From the IMG/VR virus record IMGVR_UViG_3300033075_001536, positions 1 through 64,000 of that record: a stretch of DNA of 64,000 bases. One strand, written 5' to 3'. Below the pieces are notes generated by a model. That model was given only the letters and a program-made list of their open reading frames with translations, had not been told where the DNA came from and searched no databases. A program made the position numbers and the translations under genes. Origin of the DNA: a virus (taxonomy: Duplodnaviria; Caudoviricetes). This document shows positions 10,978-18,919 of the stretch, in pieces (positions within the stretch are counted from its first letter, which is position 1; each line of letters begins with the position of its first letter).

Positions 10978-11005
10978 AAACAATAACTTAAATCTCTACT
11001 ATAAA
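10978..11005 (+). promoter_or_regulatory. AAAC-N18-TATAA putative middle promoter
   Basis: AAAC 10978-10981 and TATAAA from 11000; same spacing before several replication/metabolism genes. Confidence 0.5.
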
Positions 11006-11011
11006 TAAAGT

Positions 11012-12886
11012 ATGTCTATTGATCCTAAAAAATTCAAAAAACTTTCCGATATCGACCATGTTCTGAAAAGACCTGGTATGTATCTTGGTTCTCTTAAACC
11101 ACACACCTCTCTTAAATGGGTATATTCGGAGGGTAAAATGATTCAAAAAGAAATTACCTATAACCCAGGATTTCTTAAAATCTTTGATGAGATCATCACC
11201 AATTCAGTAGATGAATCTAAGAGAAAAGGTTCAAAACTAAATACGATAAAAATCACCGTAGATAAAGGTTCAATTACTATCTGGGATAATGGTGGTATTC
11301 CTGTTCTTAAAGATGAGGAGCACAATGAGTGGATACCTGAAATGATTTTTTCGAATATGAAGGCTGGGTCCAATTTCGATGATTCAGAGGACCGTTCCTG
11401 GGCAGGAACCAACGGTGTTGGATCTACGATCACCAACATCTATTCAAAAGCTTTCTCTATATCCACTTGTGATGGTAAGAATTCTTTTAAACAGACTTTC
11501 TCAGATAATATGCGGAAAAGAACTAAGGTAAAAATAACACCTTCTACCAAATCACATACTGAAATTTTTTATATTCCAGATCTTGAAAAATTTGGACTAA
11601 CAGATATTGACGAATCTCACTCACTTTTGATAGAAAAAAGAGTTCTGGATATAGCCGCTTGTAATCCTAAACTTAAAATACACTTTAATGGAAAACCAGT
11701 GATCATTAAATCATTTGAAGAGTATATTAAACTATATCTTTCAGAATGTTTTTATGAATCAAAAAAGGATGCGTCTTGGTCAGTGGGAATTGGACTATCT
11801 GAGTCAGGATTTCAACAGGTGTCTTTTGTTAACTCCACAGAAACATATGATTCAGGAACACATGTGGATTATATCTTGGGACAGATCATTGTTTCTCTTC
11901 GTGAGTTCTTTCAAAAGAAATACAAGGTGGATATTAAACCATCCGAAATAAAAAATCATATATTCTTATTTATTAATGCAACTGTAACTAACCCAAGTTT
12001 CTCTTCTCAAACCAAAGAGAAACTAATCACGGAGATAAAGGACTTTGGATATACTTTTGAAGTATCTCAGAAATTTATACAACAGATTCTAAAATCCGAA
12101 ATTGTTGCTTCTATTCTAGACTGGATTGATCAAAAGAAATTAGCAGAAGAGAACAAGCTTCAAAGAGATCTCAATAAGAACTTAGGTAAGATTAAGATTG
12201 AAAAGTTAATCGATGCTAAACATAAAGACCGTTGGAAATGCTCGATTGGTATATTTGAAGGAGAATCGGCTATCTCTGCTTTCAGAGATTATAGAGATAC
12301 TAATTTTCAAGGAGCTTTTGCCCTAAAAGGAAAGTTTGTAAATGTTTCAGAGATACAAACCTCTAAACTTCTTTCAAAGAAAGCTTCGGGTGATTACAAC
12401 TACGAGGAATTGGTTTCTATCATGGGAGCTATCGGACTTAAACTTGGTCAGGAGGTTAATTTGAAGGATCTGAGATACGGTCGAATTCTTTTCTATTGTG
12501 ATGCGGATGTGGATGGTAACTCAATCGTTGGATTACTGGTCAACTTCTTTTATAAATACTGGCCAGAGCTTTTTGACCGTAAGATGATTTATAAAGTAGA
12601 AACTCCAATTGTGGTGGCTATTCCAAAGAGTAAAGGAAAAAATAAGATATTTTTTTATTCACAAACCGAATACATGAATTGGTGTTCTAAAAATGATTTA
12701 AAGAACTTCGAGATTAAATATAAGAAAGGTCTAGGTGCTCTAGTGGGTGATGAATATAAAGACATTATAGAAAATCCAAAGGTTCTACAAATTACAAAGG
12801 ATGAAGCATCTAAACGATCACTGGATGTTTGGTTTGGTGGAGACTCAGAGCTTCGTAAAAGCGCAATGTTAGAGGTTAATATATAA
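11012..12886 (+). CDS. Type IIA DNA topoisomerase large subunit (T4 gp39+gp60 fused; GyrB/ParE-type)
   Basis: HVLKRPGMYLGS, EIITNSVDE, DNGGIP, GTNGVG (GHKL ATPase); EGESA, LKGK, DADVDG, YKKGLG (TOPRIM). Confidence 0.95.
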   Translation: MSIDPKKFKKLSDIDHVLKRPGMYLGSLKPHTSLKWVYSEGKMIQKEITYNPGFLKIFDEIITNSVDESKRKGSKLNTIKITVDKGSITIWDNGGIPVLKDEEHNEWIPEMIFSNMKAGSNFDDSEDRSWAGTNGVGSTITNIYSKAFSISTCDGKNSFKQTFSDNMRKRTKVKITPSTKSHTEIFYIPDLEKFGLTDIDESHSLLIEKRVLDIAACNPKLKIHFNGKPVIIKSFEEYIKLYLSECFYESKKDASWSVGIGLSESGFQQVSFVNSTETYDSGTHVDYILGQIIVSLREFFQKKYKVDIKPSEIKNHIFLFINATVTNPSFSSQTKEKLITEIKDFGYTFEVSQKFIQQILKSEIVASILDWIDQKKLAEENKLQRDLNKNLGKIKIEKLIDAKHKDRWKCSIGIFEGESAISAFRDYRDTNFQGAFALKGKFVNVSEIQTSKLLSKKASGDYNYEELVSIMGAIGLKLGQEVNLKDLRYGRILFYCDADVDGNSIVGLLVNFFYKYWPELFDRKMIYKVETPIVVAIPKSKGKNKIFFYSQTEYMNWCSKNDLKNFEIKYKKGLGALVGDEYKDIIENPKVLQITKDEASKRSLDVWFGGDSELRKSAMLEVNI

Positions 12887-12889
12887 GAG

Positions 12890-13360
12890 GTGGAAAATTT
12901 AAAAACAAACGAAGAATTTCTAGATATCTTCAAAACTCCTAAACGGAAAATTGTTATCTACCCTGCTCAAATTCTTAGAACAAGATGTAAAGATGTTTCT
13001 GAATATCCGAAAGAACTAGTTGAAGATATGTGGAAAGTTTTAGCTCGTGGTGGGGTTGGTCTTGCTGCTCCACAGGTTGGAGAAGACTTAAATGTATTCT
13101 TAATTAGTTATGCCTTTAAAAGAAAAGTAGTTCTTAATCCTAAAATATTAAAATATGGTACAGAGACAAGTTCATATAGAGAAGGATGTCTAAGTATTCC
13201 AGGAAGAATGGTTAAAGTCTGGAGACCTAATTCAATAGATGTGGAATTTAGAGATGAGAAATTTGAATTAAAGAAAGCCACCATCTCAGGATTTATGGCT
13301 CGTATATTTCAACACGAATTTGATCACTTACAAGGAAAATTAATTATTGATTATGCTTAA
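12890..13360 (+). CDS. def: Peptide deformylase
   Basis: GVGLAAPQVG, EGCLSIP, QHEFDHLQG. Confidence 0.95.
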   Translation: MENLKTNEEFLDIFKTPKRKIVIYPAQILRTRCKDVSEYPKELVEDMWKVLARGGVGLAAPQVGEDLNVFLISYAFKRKVVLNPKILKYGTETSSYREGCLSIPGRMVKVWRPNSIDVEFRDEKFELKKATISGFMARIFQHEFDHLQGKLIIDYA

Positions 13361-13604
13361 AGTAGATGATCCAATTAAATATCGATTAGGTGATAGTAAA
13401 GAAGAGATTGAATTTTTTAAAAATAAATTCAAAGTAGATCCTCATCACATAAAGGGTAAAGTACTTAGTATAAGTAAAGATTACTATTTAATAGAATTGG
13501 ATATTGAGATATTTGGTGATAGAATCATTGGATTTTATGAAAGTGAAATAGAACTCGATGTGCAAAGGAAAAGAGAACAGACTTTAGAAGATATTTTTAG
13601 TTAA
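13347..13604 (+). CDS. Small hypothetical protein with RxxxL-type tail
   Basis: Ends QRKREQTLEDIFS. Confidence 0.65.
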   Translation: MIMLKVDDPIKYRLGDSKEEIEFFKNKFKVDPHHIKGKVLSISKDYYLIELDIEIFGDRIIGFYESEIELDVQRKREQTLEDIFS

Positions 13605-14209
13605 TCAATATATCTTCCATTTTTATCTATATTTCTAGTTGGTTTTGCCTTAACGCCATATGGAAGTTCTTTAGAAACACTTCCAAAATATAAATGTATT
13701 TCATATCCGCCACGACACTTGGTAACATAAACATTTTTCCAACCAGGATATTTATGTACAATTATTTTATCATCCTTATTAACTAAGATATGATCACCAC
13801 AAGGACTGGTATCTACTCCAAATAAGTCTTTAATTCTTTCTAACCTGTATTCCAATTCATCTTCACAAAATTCATCTATTTTTTTAAAATCAATTTTTTT
13901 ATTTTGATCTTTCAATTCTGAAATATACCATTGCTCTGGATTGGATCTTCCAGAATGTTCTTTATGAAACTTTTTAAATATAGACTCATTTAAATTTATG
14001 GTAACAATAGTTAAATACCATCTCTCTTCATAGGAAACAGAATACTCACTACCCAAATCAACAATATCATTAAATACATTTTTTATATCTTCTGTGAAAT
14101 GTTCATACTCAGTTTCTTGGTGTTTAGGGATATAAGTATTCCCTTTCATATAATATTTACCATGATCTTCCATCTCATCCAAGTCCATGTCTTTAAACCT
14201 CTTTATCAT
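13601..14209 (-). CDS. Hypothetical protein with CTS-like N-terminus
   Basis: MIKRFKD; IKNVFNDIVDLG related to the expanded domain family. Confidence 0.7.
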   Translation of the reverse strand: MIKRFKDMDLDEMEDHGKYYMKGNTYIPKHQETEYEHFTEDIKNVFNDIVDLGSEYSVSYEERWYLTIVTINLNESIFKKFHKEHSGRSNPEQWYISELKDQNKKIDFKKIDEFCEDELEYRLERIKDLFGVDTSPCGDHILVNKDDKIIVHKYPGWKNVYVTKCRGGYEIHLYFGSVSKELPYGVKAKPTRNIDKNGRYID

Positions 14210-14256
14210 TTATTATATATAAACTTCTATAATCTAAATAACTATAACTTAATTCT

Positions 14257-14754
14257 ATGAAGGGTCGTGCAAATAGGCGTTGGAGAGAAGAGGTGATTGT
14301 TAAGAAAAGACTTAAATCTCTTTCTTACCGTTCATCATGTTATAACTTTCATGATGGTAATGATGATCGTATAAGTTCACCAACTTGGAAAGATTTTATT
14401 GGGAGGATAGAAAGTTTCATGTTTAAAACTTATGTCACTCACAGATGGGATTCAAGACATAAAGTTAAATATTCAGGAAATAGAACAAAGGGATATTACA
14501 GAGACCCTGGTAAAAAGGGAACCAGAATTTATGATAAACAAAATCTTTTAAATATACTAGAAGAATATGGACTTAGAAGTGTTAATTCCGGACAATTCGG
14601 AAAAATGGATTATTCAGAGTGGTTATCTATTTGTGAACAAATATGCGAAGATCCCAATTTCTTTTATCAAGGAGAATGGGAAAGTGGTAATATTTCTGGA
14701 CAACAAGATCAGAAAGGAAGTGATCAAATTGATGAATCATCTCATTCAAAATAA
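14257..14754 (+). CDS. Basic hypothetical protein
   Basis: ORF preceded by AAAC-N18-TATAAC (14221-14248); its 3' part overlaps the next gene. Confidence 0.6.
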   Translation: MKGRANRRWREEVIVKKRLKSLSYRSSCYNFHDGNDDRISSPTWKDFIGRIESFMFKTYVTHRWDSRHKVKYSGNRTKGYYRDPGKKGTRIYDKQNLLNILEEYGLRSVNSGQFGKMDYSEWLSICEQICEDPNFFYQGEWESGNISGQQDQKGSDQIDESSHSK

Positions 14755-15103
14755 TATAGAATTCCTATGTTATTCACCCACCTTTTCAGGACCAAAGAAA
14801 TTTGATTTGGATGAGTTTAATGCAATAAATATTAAAAACTATTTACACGCGTATTCGCTAGATGGCTTCTATGATGGGTTTAATAAAATTGGATTTGATG
14901 TTTCTAAAGGTATTGTGGACTATTGTGTTGAATTTAATTGTTATCATTTGGTCCAACCTATTTTAGAGGATGTAAAAAAACATGTTCTTGGTCATCAAAT
15001 GGATTGGAGAACCAATCAAAAGATAATGAATGTGGAGAGGCAAGATATTCGAGATAGCTTTAACTCTCTTTACAGAGATATACAACTATCTAATATTTTA
15101 TAA
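14567..15103 (+). CDS. Hypothetical protein with RDxxL tail
   Basis: Ends LYRDIQLSNIL. Confidence 0.7.
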   Translation: MDLEVLIPDNSEKWIIQSGYLFVNKYAKIPISFIKENGKVVIFLDNKIRKEVIKLMNHLIQNNIEFLCYSPTFSGPKKFDLDEFNAINIKNYLHAYSLDGFYDGFNKIGFDVSKGIVDYCVEFNCYHLVQPILEDVKKHVLGHQMDWRTNQKIMNVERQDIRDSFNSLYRDIQLSNIL

Positions 15104-15559
15104 TTTAAGAAAATTACTACCCCTTAAATCTTGTATAATCACTTTATATCTAAGAGGTTTACCATCTTTATGGAATTTATTATTTTGTTTCCATTTAGGA
15201 TCGCCTACCACACAAATTCGAAAATCTGGATACCCAGTCATTACACCTAGTGTAATATCTATCACTGGTGGATTTGTTCCGTTAATTAAAGTATCTTCGA
15301 CCAACTCTTGAATTCTACCCATATACTCTTCAATAAGTTCATAAAAATCTTCACCTGGATAATATATTGAAATAATCTTATCACTAGTTTGAGTTTGAAT
15401 ATTGATATCAATAGCTGTTATCATAAGTCGATGTAATTCACCAGGACCATGCACAGTTATTTTATATCCCTCATCTTGTATGATATAAGATAATTCTCTA
15501 ATCTCTTCTACGAGATTTTTAACTTCTTCCGATTCTGAAAAGTCTTTAAATTTTTTCAT
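15098..15559 (-). CDS. YILEDEG-family protein
   Basis: MKKFKDFSE; EIRELSYIIQDEGY; AATATATA at 15565-15572 (minus). Confidence 0.75.
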   Translation of the reverse strand: MKKFKDFSESEEVKNLVEEIRELSYIIQDEGYKITVHGPGELHRLMITAIDINIQTQTSDKIISIYYPGEDFYELIEEYMGRIQELVEDTLINGTNPPVIDITLGVMTGYPDFRICVVGDPKWKQNNKFHKDGKPLRYKVIIQDLRGSNFLKL

Positions 15560-15580
15560 AGGATTATATATTAATCCTTC

Positions 15581-16315
15581 TTAGTGAACTCCTCTATAAA
15601 CACCATCCCACTGCTTAACAACTTCTTGAGCAACTTGAGCTTGTGGTTGCTCAATAACAGTTGGTGTATTCTCAGCTTGTTTAATTAACTCCTCTAATGT
15701 AGATATACTTTGATTAACACGATTTTCCCAAGTAAGAACTTCAAATTCTTTGTTCTTCACTTCTTTAGTTCTATTTTCTAATTCAAAATCTAAGTCTTCT
15801 AATCTTTCTTTTCTTTTCTTGAGTTGTTCTTCACGAAACTCTACATCCTTTTCTCTTTCTTCCAAAGCTCTATTTACATTAGATTCTTTCTTTTTAAGAA
15901 GATTATTCAATTCTTCAATTTCTAAATCTTTTTCCTTAATTGTCTTTTTTAGTGATTCAATGTTTTTTAGATGCTCTGGATTATCCACAATTACTTCTAC
16001 TTTAGATTCAACAGTGGAAATAGAAGTTGAATAAGAAGATGTGGATATCATATCTTGAATAAAAGGTTGAATTTTCTTAGAAAGAACAGCAGGCTGTGGA
16101 ATTTTTTGGGATTTTAGATAAGCTGTTAATTCTGCTTTCCAATCAAAAATTTCAAAGAACTTTTCATTCTTTTCAACCGCTTCTTTACCCACTAAGAGTT
16201 CCCCCATAGTCCCCTTTCTAAAAATATAATCTTCTAGAATAGTTCCTGCTTTTATAGTAATGATATTTTTATCAGGTCCCATCAAATGAAAGTCCTCAAT
16301 TGTTTTGTGTTTCAT
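15581..16315 (-). CDS. Coiled-coil protein
   Basis: E/K-rich heptad region; AATATATA upstream. Confidence 0.7.
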   Translation of the reverse strand: MKHKTIEDFHLMGPDKNIITIKAGTILEDYIFRKGTMGELLVGKEAVEKNEKFFEIFDWKAELTAYLKSQKIPQPAVLSKKIQPFIQDMISTSSYSTSISTVESKVEVIVDNPEHLKNIESLKKTIKEKDLEIEELNNLLKKKESNVNRALEEREKDVEFREEQLKKRKERLEDLDFELENRTKEVKNKEFEVLTWENRVNQSISTLEELIKQAENTPTVIEQPQAQVAQEVVKQWDGVYRGVH

Positions 16316-16374
16316 ACTATTATTATATATTAAATTTCTTGGTTTGTTACTAATTATTTATTATTTTTGTAAAA

Positions 16375-16704
16375 GTGATCCTATATCCAAAGCATAACAT
16401 TTATCTATCAGATGACTCAATTCCTATTTTTAGGGATGGTGAAAAGTGTGTTATGTCCATGATGGAAATTACACATACACTACATTCTAATAAAGGATAT
16501 ATCTCTAAGGGGGTGAAGTATATGATATATAACTATCACTACATAGATAACAGAATAGAATTTTTTATTGGAGACGATGATGAGAATGGAATTGACATGA
16601 ATTCGGTCAGGGGATTTTTAAAAAATTTTATGAGGGAAGATGAGTTTAGAATGTCTCAGATAATAAATAAACAAAATTCTAAAAAATTAGAACTTTCTAA
16701 ATAA
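16375..16704 (+). CDS. Hypothetical protein
   Basis: 109-aa ORF after Bacteroidota-type TATTTTTG (16362-16369). Confidence 0.55.
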   Translation: MILYPKHNIYLSDDSIPIFRDGEKCVMSMMEITHTLHSNKGYISKGVKYMIYNYHYIDNRIEFFIGDDDENGIDMNSVRGFLKNFMREDEFRMSQIINKQNSKKLELSK

Positions 16705-16710
16705 ATTGAT

Positions 16711-16718
16711 TATATTTG
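16711..16718 (+). promoter_or_regulatory. Bacteroidota housekeeping-sigma -7 element upstream of the RNase P RNA
   Basis: TATATTTG matches TAnnTTTG, just 5' of the structured RNA. Confidence 0.55.
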
Positions 16719-16731
16719 TATTCTGATTTAA

Positions 16732-16956
16732 TAATTAAAAGATGATATATCGCACTACGGTTTAAAGACCATGTGAGGAAATTCAACACATCTTTGCTTA
16801 AGATGGGAGGCCTAGTAGAAATTCGAACAGTCGCTATCACCATCGAGGATGCAACTCAAAACAGACTAGCGGGTGAGCAACGCAATAATGTCGAGGTAGA
16901 GGCCAGTAGATAAATGATATGTTTAAAAACAGAAAGTTGATTACGATCATTAATTA
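16732..16956 (+). ncRNA. rnpB: Miniaturised RNase P RNA
   Basis: CR-I GAGGAAATTCAAC (16775-16787); CR-IV TAGATAAATGAT; CR-V ACAGAAAGTTGATTAC; P4 AAT(T)CAAC/GTTGATT with the bulged U; P2 ATATATC/GATATGT; P3 CAC..GGTT/GACC..GTG; P1 TAATTAA/TTAATTA; GC-richer than flanks; no ORF. Confidence 0.85.
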
Positions 16957-17012
16957 AAAAAACAGACATGTCGGTTTAATAACAAAGTTTTAAATAAAAA
17001 TTAAAAACAACT

Positions 17013-17159
17013 ATGATTTTAGGTGTTTGTGAACATCTTGAAAAAATGTTAGGAATTCCAGCTCTTCTTGCTAGAATTCTATTTGTTGTGTGGTTATTCA
17101 ATAGTATATCTGCTTTCTGGATATACATACTTATTGCTCTCTTAATATCACTTTCTTAA
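17013..17159 (+). CDS. Minimal PspC-domain membrane protein, not in ORF track
   Basis: MILGVCEHLEKMLGIPALLARILFVVWLF...IYILIALL matches the PspC I.GVC..L....GI....R..F pattern. Confidence 0.75.
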   Translation: MILGVCEHLEKMLGIPALLARILFVVWLFNSISAFWIYILIALLISLS

Positions 17160-17178
17160 ATAAAAAATAAATAAACTT

Positions 17179-17349
17179 ATGGCAAGTCAATCAGCACGAA
17201 TTAGTAAAAGAGAATCATTTCTCGAAGTAGAATCTATCGAAATTCCAAAAACTGGAAACAAAAACGAACAGTATCTACAAATTTTAAAAGAAACCGGAAA
17301 ATCTGCTAGATATAGTGGTAAAACAAATTGTTTTTACATCACTAAATAA
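17179..17349 (+). CDS. 56-aa hypothetical protein, not in ORF track
   Basis: MASQSARISKRESFLEVESIEIPKTGNK...YSGKTNCFYITK*; A-rich leader; fills the gap to the next gene. Confidence 0.6.
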   Translation: MASQSARISKRESFLEVESIEIPKTGNKNEQYLQILKETGKSARYSGKTNCFYITK

Positions 17350-17352
17350 TAA

Positions 17353-17949
17353 ATGGTTAGCAAGGTTCTAAACTTAGTTGCTTATGTACATATTCTGGTT
17401 CCACATCTTGAAAGAAGATTGAACCGGGTATGCTCTGGGTATTCTTGGCCAGCGTACTTTTCAACTGTTCAATTAGAAATAGATGATGAATTTAGCAAAT
17501 CTTATCTTTTAGAAAAGTCAAATAAGTACCTTGGATTTGACTTACTTGATATAGATTATGATCGTATCTATGAAATAGATATGACGGATACTTCTATGTT
17601 TTCAGAAAAGTCAGTTAATCCAAATCCAATTAAAGTAAAAGGTCTAAAAGAAATTACTGATTATTTTATAGAACTTGGTGTGTATGGTAAAATACATGAT
17701 ATTAGTTTTGTTGAACCAGAAACATTTTTTACCTTTAATGATAAAGAATCTGATTTACTTGAAATGCCATTTAGAACACATGGAGCAGATCCTTGGGTCA
17801 ATACCTCTATTAAAGAGTATTATGAAAAATACATTTGTAAAAGAACTTGGAAAAGGAACGACCATACTGCTGGTAATGGCACTTGGGAAAAGGAAGATAA
17901 ACTTCCACAAATTGAAAGAGATTTGAAATTGAGATCTATTTTAGGTTAG
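17353..17949 (+). CDS. Hypothetical protein with RDxKL tail
   Basis: Ends IERDLKLRSILG. Confidence 0.7.
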   Translation: MVSKVLNLVAYVHILVPHLERRLNRVCSGYSWPAYFSTVQLEIDDEFSKSYLLEKSNKYLGFDLLDIDYDRIYEIDMTDTSMFSEKSVNPNPIKVKGLKEITDYFIELGVYGKIHDISFVEPETFFTFNDKESDLLEMPFRTHGADPWVNTSIKEYYEKYICKRTWKRNDHTAGNGTWEKEDKLPQIERDLKLRSILG

Positions 17950-18919
17950 GTTTATTAATTTGCATTTTCTGATACTTTGCCTTTCCGACCTTTTTAAGAA
18001 GATAGTTTTTCTTTCGATTAACTACTGAGTATCCCCATTCTAAAAAATCATCAATCGTTTCAATACTGGAAAAATCAGCTTCATTTTTATTAGCATCTCG
18101 GTATAGAATTTTAATAAATTCTTCATCTGAAATACCTTCAGATTCTAATTCTTGTTTAATGTTTTTAAGTATCCGAGACTTTGATTTACTTCTAAACCAA
18201 TCAATATACTCTACCCAAAAATCACCGGTATTTGATTTTGATCCAACTTGTGCTAAATAAGCATCTGTCTCAGATTTAGTTAGACATATATACATCAGGG
18301 AAGTAAACACATTAAATAGATTTCCACCTCCAGTATATCTTTGCACAATATCACTTGAAAACTCCAATATAGTCGAAGTAACTTCATAATCTTCATAAGT
18401 TAATCCTTTTTGATCAATCTTATAGGATTGGAAAAGGTGTGTCAATTCGTGAGATCCAATTTCATACATTTTTTCAATAACATCTTGCGTAAAATCTTCC
18501 TTGCTTTTTCTAGGGACAAATATTCTAATTTCCATGCCAATTTCTATTCCCTTAGGTGTGTATCTAGGTGATAGTTTATTTTTCTTTGGGTTATCTTTTT
18601 CCCCAAAAGTAAAGCAATATCCAGATGAATTTATTTCATCATCAGCTGATAGAACAAATACTAATTTGATATTCATTCGATGGATATCAAATTTTCTATC
18701 TTTTGTCTTTGGTTTAAAATTAAATATATCTACAAAATTTCCTGGTTTTAATCCTTTTGAATGTTTTCTTTTTCTACCCTCATGGTACCACCATTCAAAT
18801 TTAGGCAAACAAATATCCACAATCTCTTGGCTAAGCTCATCAATGGTATTATTAATCGAGTACTTTTCATTAAGGAAAGTAATCATCTGGCGCTGGTTCA
18901 GGAATGTAATCTTCTTCAT
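17936..18919 (-). CDS. Putative zincin metallopeptidase
   Basis: GSHELTHLFQ (HExxH) and SETDAY; N-terminal MITFLNE. Confidence 0.6.
   Translation of the reverse strand: MKKITFLNQRQMITFLNEKYSINNTIDELSQEIVDICLPKFEWWYHEGRKRKHSKGLKPGNFVDIFNFKPKTKDRKFDIHRMNIKLVFVLSADDEINSSGYCFTFGEKDNPKKNKLSPRYTPKGIEIGMEIRIFVPRKSKEDFTQDVIEKMYEIGSHELTHLFQSYKIDQKGLTYEDYEVTSTILEFSSDIVQRYTGGGNLFNVFTSLMYICLTKSETDAYLAQVGSKSNTGDFWVEYIDWFRSKSKSRILKNIKQELESEGISDEEFIKILYRDANKNEADFSSIETIDDFLEWGYSVVNRKKNYLLKKVGKAKYQKMQINKPNLK

Noticed and set aside
11000-11007. Exact T4 late promoter TATAAATA before the topoisomerase gene
   Set aside because: Better explained as the TATAA half of the AAAC-N18-TATAA class; structural genes here use AATATATA
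14567-14754. 188-nt overlap of ORFs 14257 and 14567 as dual coding
   Set aside because: More simply a run-on tail of ORF 14257; no motif support
16732-16956. Alternative identity as group I intron, tmRNA or riboswitch
   Set aside because: It interrupts no gene and has no tRNA-like ends, while RNase P conserved regions occur in the correct order with P4 pairing
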